Shown: piece by piece, positions 12,751 to 25,029 of the stretch
How the letters are laid out: every line of letters starts with the position of its first letter
Numbering within the stretch: position 1 is the stretch's first letter
Assembly: GCA_013265495.1 (NCBI GenBank)
Contig: MU057648.1
Coordinates: 124,001 to 172,953 of the forward strand
Length of the DNA stretch: 48,953 nucleotides
Origin: Vicugna vicugna
Lineage: Eukaryota
Direction: 5' to 3'
Translations under genes and position numbers: made by a program
The notes under the pieces: generated by a model
Databases searched by the model: none
Told to the model about the DNA's origin: nothing
Seen by the model: the letters and a program-made list of their open reading frames with translations, nothing else

Positions 12751-15703
12751 AACCTCATTATGATCACAAAAAGATGTCCACAATCTATTGATATGAGGGG
12801 GTTGAAAGCAAGTTAAAAACAAAGTGTGCTCCCCAGCAGAGACCCCTCCCATCACCAATATAGACAGAAAAGGAGGAGGCTGGTGCTGAAGCTTAAAGGG
12901 TGGTGAACTCTGGGTATGGAGCTCTTTTCACTGTCCTCTCAATATTTTTCTGTAACAGTAAAGTTACAGAAACTTTAAAGTTCAGAAACTTTTTTTCAGT
13001 GAGCATGTGCTGCTTTTACAGTTAAAAAAAATTATTTTTTCGTTGGGGGCAGAACCAGCCACAGCCAGTGGCACTGATACTCTGGGAAGAGACCCCTCTG
13101 GCGAGGCTGTTCTGTCATCAACGCTCCCTCCTCTGGAAAGCTTGGCTTCAGGTGGCTCTTCTGTTCCTCCCATGCTCTCTCTCTGTGCTCCACCACCACC
13201 TGGACAAGGTTCTTGCCCTTGTGTGCCCTGGGCTTGTCACTTCCTCACTTCAACTCCTTGGGTCCTCAGTTCCCTCGTCTATGATAAAGTAGGGGATAGG
13301 GACGGCTCCCTGTAAAGATCCTGAGGATACGTGATACATGGCAAGTCCTGAGCACAGGACCAGACTCTGGTCTAGAGTCCACGCTCATAAACCACTGTGC
13401 CTGCTGTTTGATGTCAGCTCTGCCCCTCCTCACCCCCATGCACCTGTCTTCAAGTTAGCTCAGCCCAGTACAGATAAAACATCTCTACCCTGTACTCTGG
13501 ACCTGATCCAGCACTCAGGGAGATCAGCACTCTGAGTCTTCCTGTGTCTCATAGGTGCTTGGAGGACTGCTCCCTGGCTGGGCGGGGCTGTGGGGGAAAG
13601 AGCATTCAGAGCACAGTATCAGATGCTCCCTGACCTATGAAAGTGCTCCGAGTGGGATAAATGACTGTCACAGTAGTGATTATTAACAATTGATGGTGAC
13701 ACCTGGGTCCCCAGAGCCCCATGCATGGGCCATGGTGGGGGCTCTGGGCATCAGAGCTAAAGGAAGGATGTGGGGGCTTTCCTGGGCACCCTCTGTCCAT
13801 GGGCAAGGCTGAGGCAGACCTGATCGCAGCTAAGAGCAGAGTGTGAGAGGTTCCAGTCCCTGAGCTGAGCCTGAGGGCCGCTGGGTTTAGGACCAAGGCC
13901 CCTAGAACTTCCTCTTCCTACCAAGATCTTGGAAAGGATGAGCGTCTCTGATCAGCCTGAATCCCTCGAGGCTGGACCAGGGTGTCCCATGCCACCATCC
14001 CTCACACAGGGTGGAGGCAGCGCAGGCAGGATTCTGGACTGCACCTCAGTACTGCAGTACTGATGAAGAACTTGGAGCTCTGAGAGGAGAAATCTCATCA
14101 GACTCTCCCTGCCCTGGCCAGAGGCTCCGCCTCCAGGAGGCCTTCCAGGCTGAGTTTCTCGCTCTCTGGGCTCTCACAGATTTTAGACAAACCTTGGTGG
14201 TCTGAGGTTGTGTCTCAGCATCTTAGCCCTAGAGTTTGGCAAGTCCATGTTTGGATTCTGGTTCTATCTGCCTCTCCTCTAACTGTGTGACCTTGGACAG
14301 GTGAGCTCATCTCTCTGAGCCTGGGTATCTTCACCTGTTTGACTCACAGGGCAGACATGAGGCTTAAGTCAGATGTGATCAGAGGAGCAATGACCCTCCC
14401 CACCCCACCTGCCTCTCTGCCCCTCCTGTGGCCTTCAAGCCTGTCCCAGGTTCTCCGCAGGGCTCTGCGGCTGCTTGTGTCCTTGATCCAAGGACACCTG
14501 GGACCTTGCTGAGCCCTCAGATGAAGGAGCAGCCTGGCTGCTGAGGTCCAGAGAGGATCGAGGAGCACCTAGGGGGCAGAGAGCCAGGGCAGCACCTGCA
14601 GGGTACAGGCACATGCCACCTGCTATCCCAGGGGAGGGAACTCATGAATATTCACACCCACTGGAGCATGAGGGAGCCGGCCAGCACACTGCTGGGTGTC
14701 ATTGGAGCGTTCCTGTTTCCCAGTGACCACAGAGGCAGCCTTGGGAGTCAGACGTGGCTCAGGCAGGGAGAGGGAAGGGGCAGCCAGCCACGGCCCAAGG
14801 TGAGTGTGTCTTCCTCTGCTGGGTCCCTGGGGGAGCAGGACACCTGGGAATCAGGCCTGCCTGGTGGTGATGCTGTAGCCCAGAAGGGTCACTGTCCTGT
14901 GCTCAGTTTCCCTGTGTGCACGCGGTGGGGGGTGAGTCCTGTTTCTCCTTCATTCCTTGGAGGCTGCTGGTCCAGCCAAACAGGAGCGTTGCTGGGCCTG
15001 GCCTGGAGCCAGCTGTCAGCACAGATGGAGGGTGACGTGTCTGGGGGCACTCAGAGGACAGAAGTAAATGGAGTGGGCTAGGGAGCGGGACCGTCTGCCC
15101 CGAGTGCCTGGGACTGTCATCACCATAGGCAGAGGAAGGAGACTCAGGTTCTAATCCTATCTTTGCTACTGCTGTGCTTTGTGACCTTGATGGTGGTTCT
15201 GCCCTCTCTGAGCCTCAGCCTCCCTGCTGCGCCGTCTTCCAGACTGGAGGATGCTCAGGCTTGGCTGAGATTGTCCTCAGTACCCCATGGCCTTAGTCCT
15301 GGGGCTGTCACCTGCTGGCAAACCTCAGCCTTCTGTGATGGACTGTCCAGCTGCACACACCCTCCTTCCCAATGGGCTTGGGCTGGGCCTGGGACACACC
15401 AGGCAGAGGCTGCCGTGGACAAGTGGGAGCCTGCACATTGGAGGCCGACAGTCCTGGGCTCAAATCCCAGCCCTGCCCCCTGCCTTGCGACCCTGGACAA
15501 GTCACGTCATTTCCCAGAGCCTCAGTTTCTCCATCTGCAAAATGAGGGTGACAGTGGGGTCCGCCTCCCAGGATAGCTGAGTGGGGTCAATAGGATGCTC
15601 TGGAGACAACCCCATCCCAGGACCTGGCTTGTAGCAGGGGCTCAAAAGTGAAACCAGAGGGTGGGATGGCCCAGGGTCTGGCACCTGGCAGGGCCTGGCT
15701 GGG

Positions 15704-15801
15704 TTTTTTTGGAGGGGAGTGGGATGGGGAGGTACTGGGGATTGAACCCAGGGCCTCATGTGTGGTAAGACATACTCTGCCTCTGAGCTATGCCCTCCCC
15801 C
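15704..15801 (-). mobile_element. tRNA-derived camelid-type (Vic-1-like) SINE
   Basis: Reverse complement ggggagggcatagctcagaggcagag...gggttcaatccccagtacctcc; flanking direct repeat tggctgggttt. Confidence 0.85.
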
Positions 15802-15849
15802 TTGGCTGGGTTTGAGGAAGCCAGTGTAGGGGAATGAACAAATGAATGA

Positions 15850-16014
15850 AGCAGTGATTGGCGGCCCGGGGGTGGGGTTAGGGGTGGGGGGGTATGCTGG
15901 GCGGGGCCAGGCAGAGCCTGATTGGTGGTTCTAGGAGGCTGGTCTGCCCCCTGCTGCCCGACCTCCACCCAGAGCCTTTGCCAGCAGCCTCCCATAGTTC
16001 CGGAAAGTGCCCTG
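15850..16014 (+). promoter_or_regulatory. Candidate proximal GAL3ST1 promoter and non-coding exon
   Basis: Two inverted CCAAT boxes (15857, 15921), GC box, G-tracts, donor CTG|gtgagt at 16014/16015. Confidence 0.6.
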
Positions 16015-16818
16015 GTGAGTGGGGCTCTTGGGGTGGGGTGGGCCCTGGGGATCTTCAGAGGGCAGGAATCTCAATCCTTCCCCACTTTAAAATCAGAGAA
16101 ACTGAGGCCCAGGGCCCCACTCAGGGTTTGGGCCCAAGTCTGAGGCTCTGGCCTAGCCCAAGGCTCTGCCCTGCTTTAGATAGGACCCTGGGGAACAGGA
16201 GGCTGATGGGGGCACTGGAGGCAGGGGCAGGTTTGTGCTTGGTGGTAGTGGTGGGGGTGGAGGTGGACATACTCTGTTCAAGGGGGCCCACTCTGAGGGC
16301 GACAAAGACAGGAACCCGCAGCAGGTCCCCACAGTTTGAGCAAAAACTATGTGCTAGTCACTTTGCCTGCCCCATCTTGAGAAGAGCCAGTGGAGAGGGC
16401 TACCAGCTGTCTCATTTTATAGATGAGAAACTGAGGCTCCAAGGGGTTCCTGTGACTGAAACACAGGCCCGGGGCTTCCAGGCCGGCACCTCCCTCTCCT
16501 GGGCCCTCTCCGTGATCAGACCGTCACTAGCTGACTTTCCCCACCTCACAAGCTTTATGATCTATTACTTAAATATATTAAATGCATTTTATTGCCTTTT
16601 CCTGATTAAAAATACAGGCTCCTTAAAAAAAAATGCAACCCTTACAGAAATGCATAATGTAGAAAAATATTCCCTTGTGTACTCCTTCCTCACTGTTAAA
16701 ACTCAGAACACGTCCCTCCAGTTGTTTCTTTGTGGGCCTATGCATATTTACTTATTGCATATATGGATTTAGGGGCACCGTGTCCGGAACTTTCTTTTTT
16801 CACAATACAGCATGGTGC

Positions 16819-16955
16819 GGGGAGGGTATAGCTCAGCGGTAGAGTGCATGCTTAGTATACACGAGGTACTGAGTTCAATCCCCAGTACCTCTATTAAAAT
16901 AAAAATAAATTAAAAACCTAATTACTTCCCTCTTAAAAATTAAACATTTTAAAAA
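16819..16955 (+). mobile_element. tRNA-derived camelid-type (Vic-1-like) SINE
   Basis: ggggagggtatagctcagcggtagag...gagttcaatccccagtacctc, A-rich tail, imperfect TSD aatacagcatggtg / aatagagcatagtg. Confidence 0.88.
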
Positions 16956-17809
16956 AATAGAGCATAGTGTGTTTTTGAGCCAGTCCACTCAGGTCCACCT
17001 TGTTTGTTTCCATTGGGTACAGATGGCTCCATCTGAGGATGGGCCTTGCTTTGTATGACTGTCCCCAGCGGATGGATGCTCAGGCTGGTTGTTTTTTGGG
17101 GGGGGACTGTTTCTTTTTTTCTATTTCTGATCAAGCTGCCATGAACACGAAAGCATGGGTGACTATGCCCAAGTATTTCTGTGGAATAGTTGGAATTGGG
17201 AGACCTTGTACCTTCCTCCTTGGATAGGATTGCCTTGTGGAAACACTCTCGTCCACCCCGACCCTGTCCACCTTGGCCACTTAGGAGCGAGCAGAGATAC
17301 GTCATTGTCACCAGGGAAGCCAAAATTCCCTCTCGTATAGTTTCTTCCTCTGCAGATTGCTTCTTCACATCTTTTCCTGTGAGGAGAAATTCTAGATGGT
17401 AAGCGGAGGTCTCAGGGACTGGTCAAGGAGGCCCGGAGTGCCCTTTCTCTGGGAAAGGTTTGTGGGTGCTTCCAGTCACTTTTCCAGGGGGAAGTACTTG
17501 GGGTCCTCCTCCAGGCTGGCTGGCTGGCCCCTGGCTGCAGGGACAGTGGCAACATGCCATGCGTGTGATCACGGGGCAGCAGACATGACCTCTCATGGCC
17601 TCAGAGGCCCAGGGCCCAGTGCAACATATGCCAGAACAGGAGTGGAAAGTTTTCGCTGTGGCCTGGCAGCTAAGGGGACAAGGCCCCCGGGCCCCAGCTC
17701 TCTCCTGGACCCCGTCGCTCAGCCTGAACTGGCCCCATTATAGCTCATGCCTCAGTCCCCTGCTGACAGGATGGACCCAAAACCTACCCCGAAAACTAAA
17801 AACAAACAA

Positions 17810-17975
17810 CAAAGCAGGATAGCCAGTTAAACTTGATTTTCAGATTGACATTGAATAATTTTTAATGTAAGTATATCCCATATGATATTTGGGAAGCACT
17901 TGTACTAAAAAGATTTTTATTTGTTGTTTATATGAAATTCAGATTTTCCTAGTTAACCCAGCCTACCGGCAACTG
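17810..17975. mobile_element. MER53-like palindromic hAT MITE
   Basis: ccagttaaacttgattttcag...tttatatgaaattcagatt, an imperfect palindrome resembling MER53. Confidence 0.65.
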
Positions 17976-18650
17976 GAGAACAAGTGGGTGTGTGGGCGGA
18001 GACCTGACTGCTGTGTGATCTGAGCCCCCTCCTTCCTCACTCTGAGCCTCAGTTTCTCCATCTGGCTCCCCTACAGCCCCCATGGGCACTGGGGCCAGTG
18101 AAAAGAGATGAGGAGCCTCGACCCCCACACTGGGCAGCTGGGAAGGGTGGCGAAGGGGACAGGTGGGCTGGCTGGGCCTTCTGAAAGGTGAGGTATTCAG
18201 GGCCCAGGCCCCTCCCTGTAGACAATCCTGGCTTCAGGCCTGGAGGGACAGAGCCCTGGGAAAGGGTCTTCTTTGCCTATTTAGATGATTTTGGTATGAA
18301 GCCCCAAAAGCTATAAAAAATTAACTAAGGAACACCTGTCAGCTTCACAATGAAAACCGAACCAGGCGGCAAAAAACCAAACCAAACCAAACCAAAAACC
18401 TGAGCCAGGCAGCAGAACCTTCTCCCTGCCGCACCCCCTAAGCTCTCTCTGCGTTGGCCTTGGCCACCATGTCCATCGGCAACCCAGCGTCTCTTTGTGC
18501 GTTTATCTCTCTGTCTCTGTCTGGACCCTGCAGGCAAAGGCAGGTTCCCAGTGTGGAAGGCTGCCTCTCAACCCAGCCAGGCCTAGGATGGCGGTGGGGG
18601 CTCCCTGGGGCCGGCTTCCTGATGCTGTGTTTCCCCCGTAGGTGTCTGAG

Positions 18651-18778
18651 ATGCTGCTGCAGAAGAAGCGCTGGGAGTCGATGGCCAAGGGGCTGGTGCT
18701 GGGAGCACTCTTCACCAGCTTCCTGCTGCTGCTGTACTCCTACGCCGTGCCCCCGCTGCACACCGGCCTGGCCTCCAC
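18651..18778 (+). CDS. GAL3ST1: GAL3ST1 first coding exon (exon starts 18642)
   Basis: ccgtag|gtgtctgagATG; MLLQKKRWESMAKGLVLG...GLAS; donor AC|gtgagt. Confidence 0.95.
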
Positions 18779-20664
18779 GTGAGTGGCCCTGCTGGGTGTC
18801 GGGGGGTGGGGGAAGGGTGGGGGAAGGGTGACTCCCACCCCGATGATCACCTCCTGGGCAGCCCCCAGCTGTGCCCTACATGAGGCTGTGCCAGGGCAGA
18901 ACTCACCGTGAAATGCCCGGCCTCAGTGTCCTCACCTGAGGACCTATCATCAAGCATGAGAATCAACACTATCTGTACACAGGGCTCAGAGTCATCCTCT
19001 GAGGCTCCAGTGGGGCCGGGAGGTGGAGGTGACTTGTCCAAGAGCACTGAGCTGGCACAAGGCCTGGATTCAAACTGGGGTCTGTCTGCCTCCAAGCCTG
19101 GCTCCTAACCATGAGGCCACCCCACCTCCCCACAGGGCTGCTCAGCTCAGGCCTGGCACAGCCTGGGCCCTTCGTTGGAGGTATTAAGTTGAACTAGAAG
19201 AAATTGCTAATAATGGACCATTTTTGGCCTGCAGAGTTTCATGTGGTCCCATCTAATGCTACTTAATGATAAATGTGTATCATAGTGGCCGTGAATGAGA
19301 CCTGTTATTGTTCTCTCAGCAACACCACATATAGGGCCTGCTATTATCCCCATTTCACAGATGAGGAAAGTGAGGCCAGAGAGGCCAAACTGCCTGCCTA
19401 TGTCTTGCAACCTGAACCCTGGCCAGTCTGATCCCCACCACCATCCCCTGCAGCCCTGCTCTCTAGACCCCAGGGCCCAGGGGGCGGAGTCCTGAGGCTC
19501 TACCACCACTCTATTCCCAGCAGGACCTCCGAGGGCGCAGCACCCTGTTCCCCCGCTCCAAGTGAGCCCGAGCCTGTGACCTCGGCCAATGGCTCGGCTC
19601 GGGGCTGCCAGCCGCGGCGGGACATCGTGTTCATGAAGACGCACAAGACGGCCAGCAGCACGCTGCTCAACATCCTCTTCCGCTTCGGCCAGAAGCACGG
19701 GCTCAAGTTCGCCTTCCCCAACGGCCGCAACGACTTCGACTACCCGGCCTTCTTCGCGCGCAGCCTGGTGCAGGACTACCGGCCCGGCGCCTGCTTCAAC
19801 ATCATCTGCAACCACATGCGCTTCCACTACGACGAGGTTCGGGGCCTGGTGCCGCCCAACGCCACCTTCATCACGGTGCTCCGCGACCCCGCCCGCCTCT
19901 TCGAGTCCTCCTTCCACTACTTCGGCTCCGTGGTGCCCTTCACGTGGAAGCTCTCGGGCCAAGACAAGCTGGCCGAGTTCCTGCAGGACCCCGACCGCTA
20001 CTACGACCCCCACGGCTACAACGCTCACTACCTCCGCAACCTGCTCTTCTTCGACCTGGGCTACGACAGCGACCTGGACCCCAGCAGCCCGCAGGTGCAG
20101 GAGCACATCCTGGAGGTGGAGCGCCGCTTCCACCTGGTGCTCCTGCAGGAGTATTTCGACGAGTCGCTGGTGCTGCTCAAGGACTTGCTGTGCTGGGAGC
20201 TGGAGGACGTGCTCTACTTCAAGCTCAACGCCCGCCGCGCCTCGGCCGTGCCGCGCCTCTCGGGCGAGCTGTACCGCCGCGCCACGGCCTGGAACGAGCT
20301 GGACGCCCGCCTCTACCGCCACTTCAACGCCAGCTTCTGGCGCAAGGTGGAGGCGTTCGGGCGGGAGCGCATGGCCCGCGAGGTAGCCGCCCTGCGGCGC
20401 GCCAATGAGCGCATGCGTCGCATCTGCATCGACGGCGGCGACGCGGTGGACGCCACCGCCATCCAGGACGCGGCCATGCAGCCCTGGCAGCCGCTGGGCG
20501 CCAAGTCCATCCTGGGCTACAACCTCAAGAAGAGCATCGGGCGGCGGCACGCGCAGCTCTGTCGGCGCATGCTCACGCCCGAGATCCAGTACCTGACGGA
20601 CCTGGGCGTCAACCTGTGGGTCACCAAGCTCTGGAAGGTCATCCGGGACTTTCTGCAGTGGTGA
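18651..20664 (+). CDS. GAL3ST1: Galactose-3-O-sulfotransferase 1 (cerebroside sulfotransferase), 422 aa, two coding exons
   Basis: Exons 18651-18778 and 19524-20664 total 1269 nt. N-terminal TM (GLVLGALFTSFLLLLYSYAV), PAPS motifs KTHKTASS and LRDP, C-terminus IRDFLQW*. Confidence 0.97.
19524..20664 (+). CDS. GAL3ST1: GAL3ST1 terminal coding exon (catalytic domain)
   Basis: Acceptor cccagcag|; the frame continues into ORF 19576-20664; very CpG-rich. Confidence 0.96.
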
Positions 20665-20893
20665 CGTCCCGCCCGCTGAGGAGGGCCAGGCAGGGTTCCT
20701 CTGGCCTCCGCCGCGGCCCTCCTGGTGCCACCCCAGCCCCTGGGGTGAGATGGGGCTGCTGCCAGGTCTGGGCCCACCGCACAGGGCCTGAGATCAGTAT
20801 TTGACTAGTTGTAGTTTTTTTTTAAATTACATTCCTTTCCCTCTGAAAAAGAATGTTCTATTTCCTGTCTCCCCTTAAAGGGGAGACTTCAAA

Positions 20894-20899
20894 AGTAAA
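20894..20899 (+). terminator. Possible GAL3ST1 variant poly(A) signal AGTAAA
   Basis: AGTAAA followed by GT/T-rich tgtgtttttgtt; no AATAAA seen nearby. Confidence 0.5.
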
Positions 20900-21111
20900 A
20901 GAATTTAATGTGTTTTTGTTAATCAGCCTCAGTGGTGCTGACTGGCGGGGCTCTGGGGGGTGACTGCTGGGGATTGGGGGACCCCCCCAGGGAGCATGGC
21001 GGTACCTCTGTGAGTGTGTCTGTGAGACGAAGCCCAATGGACTGGCATCTGTCACCTGCTGAAGCCCGTGTAGTTGAAGGGCTCCCATGAGCTCCCAAGA
21101 CCTGAAAGATG

Positions 21112-21116
21112 GTGTG

Positions 21117-21150
<34 letters not shown>

Positions 21151-21174
21151 AAAGAGAGACACACACACACACAC
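21112..21174. repeat. (TG)n microsatellite followed by (CA)n
   Basis: Read directly. Confidence 0.95.
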
Positions 21175-22027
21175 GGAGGTGGGGAGCAGTTGGAGGAGCA
21201 CTGAGCAGCAGGCCCTGGGCCCAGGCTGAGGGTTCCTTGTGCAATCTCTTAATCATCACAATAACCCTCTGAGGTAGGCACAAGTACCATCCCACATTAC
21301 ACATGTGGGAAGGGATATTCTGAGAGCAGAAAGGGATTGTTGTGGTCACACTGCAGGATGTGTCAGACCCAGTACTAAGCCATCTCCTCAGAACTCCACA
21401 CCCCTTCCATCTCCAGTGCTTGTTCACCCCATCCCTGGCTGCCCCCTCTCTCCTACTGACCACTCCAGGCTGCCTCACCACCTGCTTGCTCTCTAGCCCT
21501 ACCTAGGTCCTGGGTTTCCCCTTCTACCCTGGGGTCCAGTTTAATTAACCCCAAAAATATTTGGTATTCACTAGATGTCTGTTGTGCCCCTCAGCCTTGA
21601 GCATACGGCAGTCAGCAAGTTGGTCCAGGCCCTCCTGGAGCTCATGTCCAGAGAGCAACCAAGGCATGTCAGGTATGATCAACCAGAGTGGGGATACGTC
21701 AGCTCTAACCACCTGCCGCCCTCAGCTTTCTCAGGGGGATAGAGGCCTTTCCTAGGGCACAGGACTCTCGGGTCAGCAGCCAGATGGGAAAGACAGAAAC
21801 CACAGCTGGGAGGTTCTTTATGGAAGACCTATTTGTGCCAGGCTCCAACATCCCAGCTTTACAGACCAAAGCTCAGAGAGATTAAGTGACCTACTCAACG
21901 TCACACAGCTAATTAGTGCCAGAGTCAGAATTCAAAGCCAGATCAGTTAGCTCTTAAGCCCTCCCTGGGCTTGAGTCAGTCTTCCTTCTGGGAGTGAGCT
22001 TCTGGTCCAAGCAGGGTGGGAAGGAGT

Positions 22028-22139
22028 TAGGGTGACCAACTGTGCCAGTTTCCTGGGACAGTCCTGGTTTTAGCACTGAAAGTTCCCACATCCCAAGAAA
22101 TTCCCCAGTCCTGTGCAACCAGGATGGTTGGTCAGTCTG
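22028..22139. mobile_element. MER81-like hAT-Blackjack MITE
   Basis: tagggtgaccaac...gttttagcactgaaagt...ggttggtca with terminal inverted repeats. Confidence 0.75.
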
Positions 22140-23098
22140 GGACAGATTTGACCCCACCAACCCCCAGGACCACTGCCTGCACCCTCATAATATTCTTTGT
22201 GGCAAGAAATAAGCACACCCTTGGAGAGAAATAAGCAAAAATAAATAAATAAAATTGACAATAGCTAAGACTATTTTCAGGAAAAGATGTGACTCGCATT
22301 TATTACATAATTCTCCTCCCTTTTATTAATCAAAGAGAGACATGAATTAGTGCAATATGATATCATCCTGGGTTTGTGGAACCCCCTAATTCTATTTCTT
22401 TAGACCCTGAAGGGTCTAGAAATGCCATTAATATATTATACATATTACATTATTTATTATTATTAATATTGGCACTCCTAGGCCCTTAGGAATCCAGGAA
22501 CAACTCTGGCAGTTAGTAGATGCCAAGAATATAAATGACTTCATTAGCATTTACTGTCTGCCTGGTTTGTTTTAAAAGCGTTATAGTTATTAACTTATTT
22601 ATTAATGTAATTAATATTTTGATAATGAGTCATTGCCAGGTATTGAGCAACCACTCTGTGCCCAGTCCTGTGCCATGTGGGGGCTTGCACAATTCCCTCT
22701 GCTTTCCCCAGGAGGCACAGAGAGGCAGAGCAACCAGTCCAGGGTCACCCAGCCAGGTGACCATAGAAGCAGGATGCAAACCTAGGTCAGTCAGATGCCA
22801 AGGCTGGTGCCCTCGGCCTCTAGATCTTCAGGACTGAGGGCTCTTCCATGGCTGAAAAAGTGTGAGGTCTCCAAGGGGCCCTGCAGGTGTAGCTTTCAGG
22901 AACCAGACTGCTCTTTCTACACGTGGACAACAGAGGGCGCCATGGTACCAAGTTTAGTCTTGCCCAGTTCTGACATTCCGGGCCAGAGGGGGCTAGGGGC
23001 ACCCACTGTGACCAGGCATCTGTAGGCCTGACTCCTGAAAGCCAGGGCAGGGATCAAGGCTGCCCCCTGGGAGAAATTCAGTGAAGCCATGTGTTCTC

Positions 23099-23553
23099 TG
23101 TTATGGGTGAAATTGTATTCCCTAAAAAGATAATGTTGATGTCCTAACCCCCAATTCCCTATGACTGATATTATTTGGATATAGGGTCTTTGTACATATA
23201 ATCAAGTGAAGATGAGGTCATTGGGATGGGCCCTAATCCAATATGGCTGGTGCCCTGATAAGACGTGGAAATGGCACGTGAAGTCGCAGACGACACGCAG
23301 GGACAATGCCACGTGAAGACAGGCAGAGGCTGGCGTGATGCAGTTGCTAGCCAAGGAATGCCCAGGGAGATAGCCACCTCCAGAAGCTAAGAGGCAATGA
23401 AGGATTCTACCCAGAGCTTCAGAGGGAACGTGGCACTGCTGACACCTTGACCTCAGACTTCTGGCTTACAGAACTGTGAGAGAATAAACTTCTGTTGTTT
23501 TAAGCCACCTAGTTCGTGGTACTTCCTTACAGCAGCCCCAGGACACTAACACA
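23099..23553 (+). mobile_element. MaLR solo LTR (MLT1B/C-like)
   Basis: TG...CA ends, tgttatggg start, agaataaacttctgttgttttaagccacc...gcagccccagg end, near-match TSD ttctc/ctctc. Confidence 0.85.
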
Positions 23554-25029
23554 CTCTCCTGGGTCAGGCCTCTGCCTTCAACCTGGACCCCTTCTCAACT
23601 CCCTCTCCTGGGTTTGCCCATAGGACTCACCCTCCACCTGCAGCCAGAGGTCTTCCTCTGCTCTGGCCCTCCATGGCCCCCGTTGCCCTTGGGGAGAAGC
23701 CATGGAGCTGCACCCCTCTGGGGCTTCGCATCTGCTGTTCCCTCTACTGTAACTAACACTGCTAAGTGTTTTCAAAGCAAGCTCTGCCGCCTGCTTCAGG
23801 CATCCTTCCCTGACAGCCCAGTCCCCAGGCTACCATAGGACCTCCGGGCTCCCCATCTCAGCTCTCCTCATCCAGGGCCAGAACTGGAGATCTGCTGTTC
23901 TGTGAGGCTCCTCCAGGGCGGGGCCTGGGTTTTCAGGCCCTCTGCTTCTCTTTTCCAAGCTCCAGGGAGGAACAGTCAGGGGCTCGCAGAGCAGGGAAGC
24001 CTTTGGCTGAGAATCGGGCATGAAGCCCAACCCATGATCCTAGATTAGTCGAGGCTGCTGATGCCCTGCCTGGGTCCCCTGCCCATGTCCCCTTCCTGTA
24101 TCCGTCAACCCTTCCTCCAGCCTCCAGAGCCAGATGCCCAGCAGGCCACAAGACCAGCAGAACTGACAGCCCCTGGAGCAGCCCTCAAGCAAAGACTGCG
24201 TGGAGCTGGTGTCTAAAGACCCTCTGGCCTCGGGTGGGACTCTGAGGCTCGTGTTTCACACTGTCTCCCATTATGCACATTGGGATCAGGCTCTTCCTTC
24301 CTTGATTACCTTCCTGTACAGCTGCCTCCTCCCCTCTGTCTCACTTCCTTACTCCCCTACTTTTGTTCCCTGGGATCACCTCCGGGACAAACTCTTTGCA
24401 CGGCAGTCTCAGACAAGTACCTATTGTATGCAGGTCCTGTGCATGCAGCCTCTGCTAGGGGTGAGTTTGGCCTTCTTGACTCAGCGAGGCATCTGATGGC
24501 ACCACAGGTGCACAGTGGGGGACTGAGGGGCAGGGTGGAGAGCGGCCTCTGTATGTGACAGTAGGCGGTGTCACTTTCAGTATGCAGTGGGGCAAGCATC
24601 ACTGCCCTCATTTTACAGATGAGGATTTGAATCCAGAGCAGCCAGACCAGGGGCCAGTGCCTTAGACACCCAGAAAGGAATAGACCTCCCTCCCCTCTGC
24701 CAGTTGCCCGAAAGTAGGGACTAGAAGCCCTGCCAGCTGGGCTAAAGACAGGCGACCTGGAGGGAGCCAAAGTGGGCCCTGTACCCAGGACCAGAGAGCT
24801 GGACCCCATCTCTGTCACCATGGGCAGTGTGAGTAGACAGAACTGAGTGGCCTGAGCCCATCGCAGGAGAGGACGCTGGCCCCGGTGAGTGGGGGGAGAG
24901 AGCCTTATACTAGCCAATTTCACCTTCTGCCCCAGGAGATGAAGCCCCCAAGTCCCCTGAGGTCCCTCTGAGCTCTGAACCTCTGGGTCTCTTCCCAGCT
25001 CTCAGGGTCATAGTGGCCAGCGTCTACAC

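Noticed and set aside
15894..16772. 292-aa ORF
   Set aside because: Crosses a splice donor and MIR/L1-like sequence; no family resemblance
19207..20550. 447-aa antisense ORF
   Set aside because: Mirror frame of the GC3-rich GAL3ST1 exon, where stops are rare because of codon bias; no recognisable protein
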